DNA of 46,289 nt, from the sequence record DRR723986_4045. One strand, given 5' to 3'. A program made the translations under genes and the position numbers. This document shows, in pieces, positions 44,508 to 46,289 of the stretch; position 1 is the stretch's first letter; every line of letters starts with the position of its first letter. A model generated the notes under the pieces. That model made no database searches. It had not been told where the DNA came from and saw only the letters and a program-made list of their open reading frames with translations.

Positions 44508-45506
44508 ATGCGTTTACTTGCTCTGTCGACAATTGCGGTCGCTCTTGGTTGCACCAGCAAACGCGAGGACAGCGTCGTGCTCTATTCAGCCGCAGATCGC
44601 GAGTACGCCGCGCCGCTAATCGCAGCCTTTGGCCGTCGCCAAGAGGGGTTAGAGATTGCGGCCCAGTACGATGTGGAGTCAACGAAGACCGTCGGGCTTG
44701 TGACGCGAATTGAAAGCGAAGCGAGCCGACCGCGTTGCGACGTGTTCTGGAACAATGAAATTATGCATACGTTGCGGCTCGACAAAGCCGGGTTGCTTGC
44801 CCCAATCTCTTGGGACATTCCACGTGATTGGCCGAAAGCAATGAAGGGTAAGAACTGGGTCGGCTTTGCCGCCCGCGCTCGTGTCCTGCTGGTCAACACT
44901 CAACTGCTTCCCGACCCAAACGATTGGCCGACCAGCGTGATGGAATTGGCTGATCCCAAGTGGCGAGAGAGATGCTGCTTGGCAAATCCCGTCTACGGAA
45001 CGACAGCAACCCACTTTACGGTGCTTCGCGAAAAACTGGGCAAGGAGAAGGCCACCGAATTCTTCAAGCGGGTTGCCGAGAATGCAGTCACACTGGCAGG
45101 CAACAAACAGGTTGCTCAAGGTGTTTCGTCGGGGCAGTTCGCGTTTGGTTTGACAGACACTGACGATTCCTTGATCGAAATTGAAGCAGGCCTGCCCGTT
45201 AAGATCATTTTTCCTGACCAAGAGCCCGCGCAATTGGGAACACTTCGGATTCCTAACACGGTCGCGGTGATCAAAAACTCACCACATCCCGTCGCGGCAG
45301 CCCGATTGGCGAACCACCTGGTCTCTGAAGATACGGAAGGCCGCTTGGCTATGGGCCCAAGTGGCCAGTTCCCAGTCCGTCCTGGGCATGAGCAAAAGTC
45401 CCGTGCTCAGGGCGACGAGGCGATTCGATGGATGGACGTTAACTTTTCATCCGCAGCCGATTTGTGGAAGGAATCTCTGCAAGAATTGAAGTCCATCTAC
45501 AATTAG
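44508..45506 (+). CDS. Extracellular solute-binding lipoprotein, Fe(III)/AfuA-like ABC family
   Basis: Lipobox VALG-C, VVLYSA.D, P.CDVFWNNE, GFAARARV...N, ANP.YGTT, IPNTVAVIK. Start ATG 44508 or 44478. Confidence 0.82.
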   Translation: MRLLALSTIAVALGCTSKREDSVVLYSAADREYAAPLIAAFGRRQEGLEIAAQYDVESTKTVGLVTRIESEASRPRCDVFWNNEIMHTLRLDKAGLLAPISWDIPRDWPKAMKGKNWVGFAARARVLLVNTQLLPDPNDWPTSVMELADPKWRERCCLANPVYGTTATHFTVLREKLGKEKATEFFKRVAENAVTLAGNKQVAQGVSSGQFAFGLTDTDDSLIEIEAGLPVKIIFPDQEPAQLGTLRIPNTVAVIKNSPHPVAAARLANHLVSEDTEGRLAMGPSGQFPVRPGHEQKSRAQGDEAIRWMDVNFSSAADLWKESLQELKSIYN

Positions 45507-45550
45507 AACGCACGGACCAATTCCATTTTTATTTGCTGTAGTGATTCCTC

Positions 45551-46183
45551 ATGGGCCCTAGATTGCCAGCCGCTTTCAGCCGTTACTCCGCCTCGGGGCC
45601 CCGACTGGCCGAAGACCGTCGTAGTGAACAAGGAGCGTGGATCTTCCTTGGCTCACTTGCCGTCTTTTTTTTCAGTTGCATGCTTCTGTTCGCAATTTAC
45701 GTGGTGTTGCGTGTCGGTCCCGACAACACGGTCGAGCCCTTCGTATTGCCGCAGAGTTTTATTCTGACAACGATCAACATGATTGCGGTGAGCGTTCTGT
45801 TGCACCTCGCTACTCAGGCGGCCAAGCAGCAGCAGTTGGTCGATTTGGGGCGCTACCTGATTCTTGCTTTTGTTCTGTCGCTTGTTTTCTTTGTGGTTCA
45901 GTCCTTTGGGCTTGTATCGATGATTGGTCGGATGCTTCAGCCGTCTACGACGATGCGCAGTCTTTATGGTTTCAGTTTCTTCCTTGTCATCGTTCATGCA
46001 CTGCATGTTGTCGGTGGCGTGGCGGGATTAACTTTCTTGATGTTCGGTTTGGCTCGCAAATCGTATGATCACGAACGCCATTTCCCGGTTAAGTTTTGTG
46101 CGATGTACTGGCATTTCCTAGACTTTGTTTGGATAGGCATGCTTCTCAGTTTTGGCCTTGCTGCAGCGATGTCCAGTCGCTGA
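45551..46183 (+). CDS. Cytochrome c oxidase subunit III family protein (stand-alone)
   Basis: Five TM segments, G.WIF..S, HALHVVGG, YWHFLD.VW. Confidence 0.85.
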   Translation: MGPRLPAAFSRYSASGPRLAEDRRSEQGAWIFLGSLAVFFFSCMLLFAIYVVLRVGPDNTVEPFVLPQSFILTTINMIAVSVLLHLATQAAKQQQLVDLGRYLILAFVLSLVFFVVQSFGLVSMIGRMLQPSTTMRSLYGFSFFLVIVHALHVVGGVAGLTFLMFGLARKSYDHERHFPVKFCAMYWHFLDFVWIGMLLSFGLAAAMSSR

Positions 46184-46218
46184 CATCTTCGTGTCCTGGC
46201 TTCAGGGCGGCGAGGGCC

Positions 46219-46246
46219 TTGACATTTGCATGATGAAAATGACAAT
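46219..46246 (+). promoter_or_regulatory. Sigma70-type promoter of the tRNA gene
   Basis: TTGACA-16 nt-GACAAT, 14 nt upstream of the tRNA 5' end. Confidence 0.7.
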
Positions 46247-46260
46247 TCTGCTTTCCACCA

Positions 46261-46289
46261 GCGGATGTGGCGGAATTGGCAGACGCGCT
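46261..46289 (+). tRNA. tRNA-Leu, 5' part (truncated by the window; anticodon not visible)
   Basis: GCGGATG-TG-GCGGAATTGGCAGACGC-GCT is the typical acceptor strand and D-arm of bacterial tRNA-Leu. Confidence 0.85.

Noticed and set aside
1-46289. Prophage, IS element, integron or defence island
   Set aside because: No integrase, transposase, phage structural, restriction-modification, toxin-antitoxin or cas motifs in any ORF, and no obvious compositional break by eye.

Overview
About 46 kb of gene-dense bacterial chromosome, almost certainly Planctomycetota (Pirellulaceae-like). The evidence is a PVC-type CxxCH heme protein, an LEPR-XLL-type extracellular motif, a DUF1570-like zincin and a WGxLP-motif protein. 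Housekeeping genes are pnp, rpsO, thyA-folA-gluQ, rsmD and the 5' part of a tRNA-Leu at the right edge. Accessory content includes an orphan ArsI/CadI-type enzyme; a YunC + PLP aminotransferase + omega-amidase operon; a 1951-aa multidomain cytochrome c protein followed by a DUF4175-like coiled-coil protein and a WGxLP protein; a MacB-type ABC exporter coupled to a secreted amidohydrolase; an S46 peptidase + serine-racemase-like + HMA-MauE operon; an S8 protease; and an SH3 / DUF4013 / OmpA-like / zincin envelope locus. I saw no integrase, transposase, prophage or CRISPR array, only a REP-like element at the left edge. The best leads are the sugar-module-decorated giant cytochrome operon, a long hairpin in the thyA-folA leader, structured rpsO and pnp leaders, and several proteins with substituted key residues (cyclophilin R->T, OmpA-like R->Q, iron-binding-protein YY->DD). 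All family calls come from motif recognition by eye; no database search or folding program was run.
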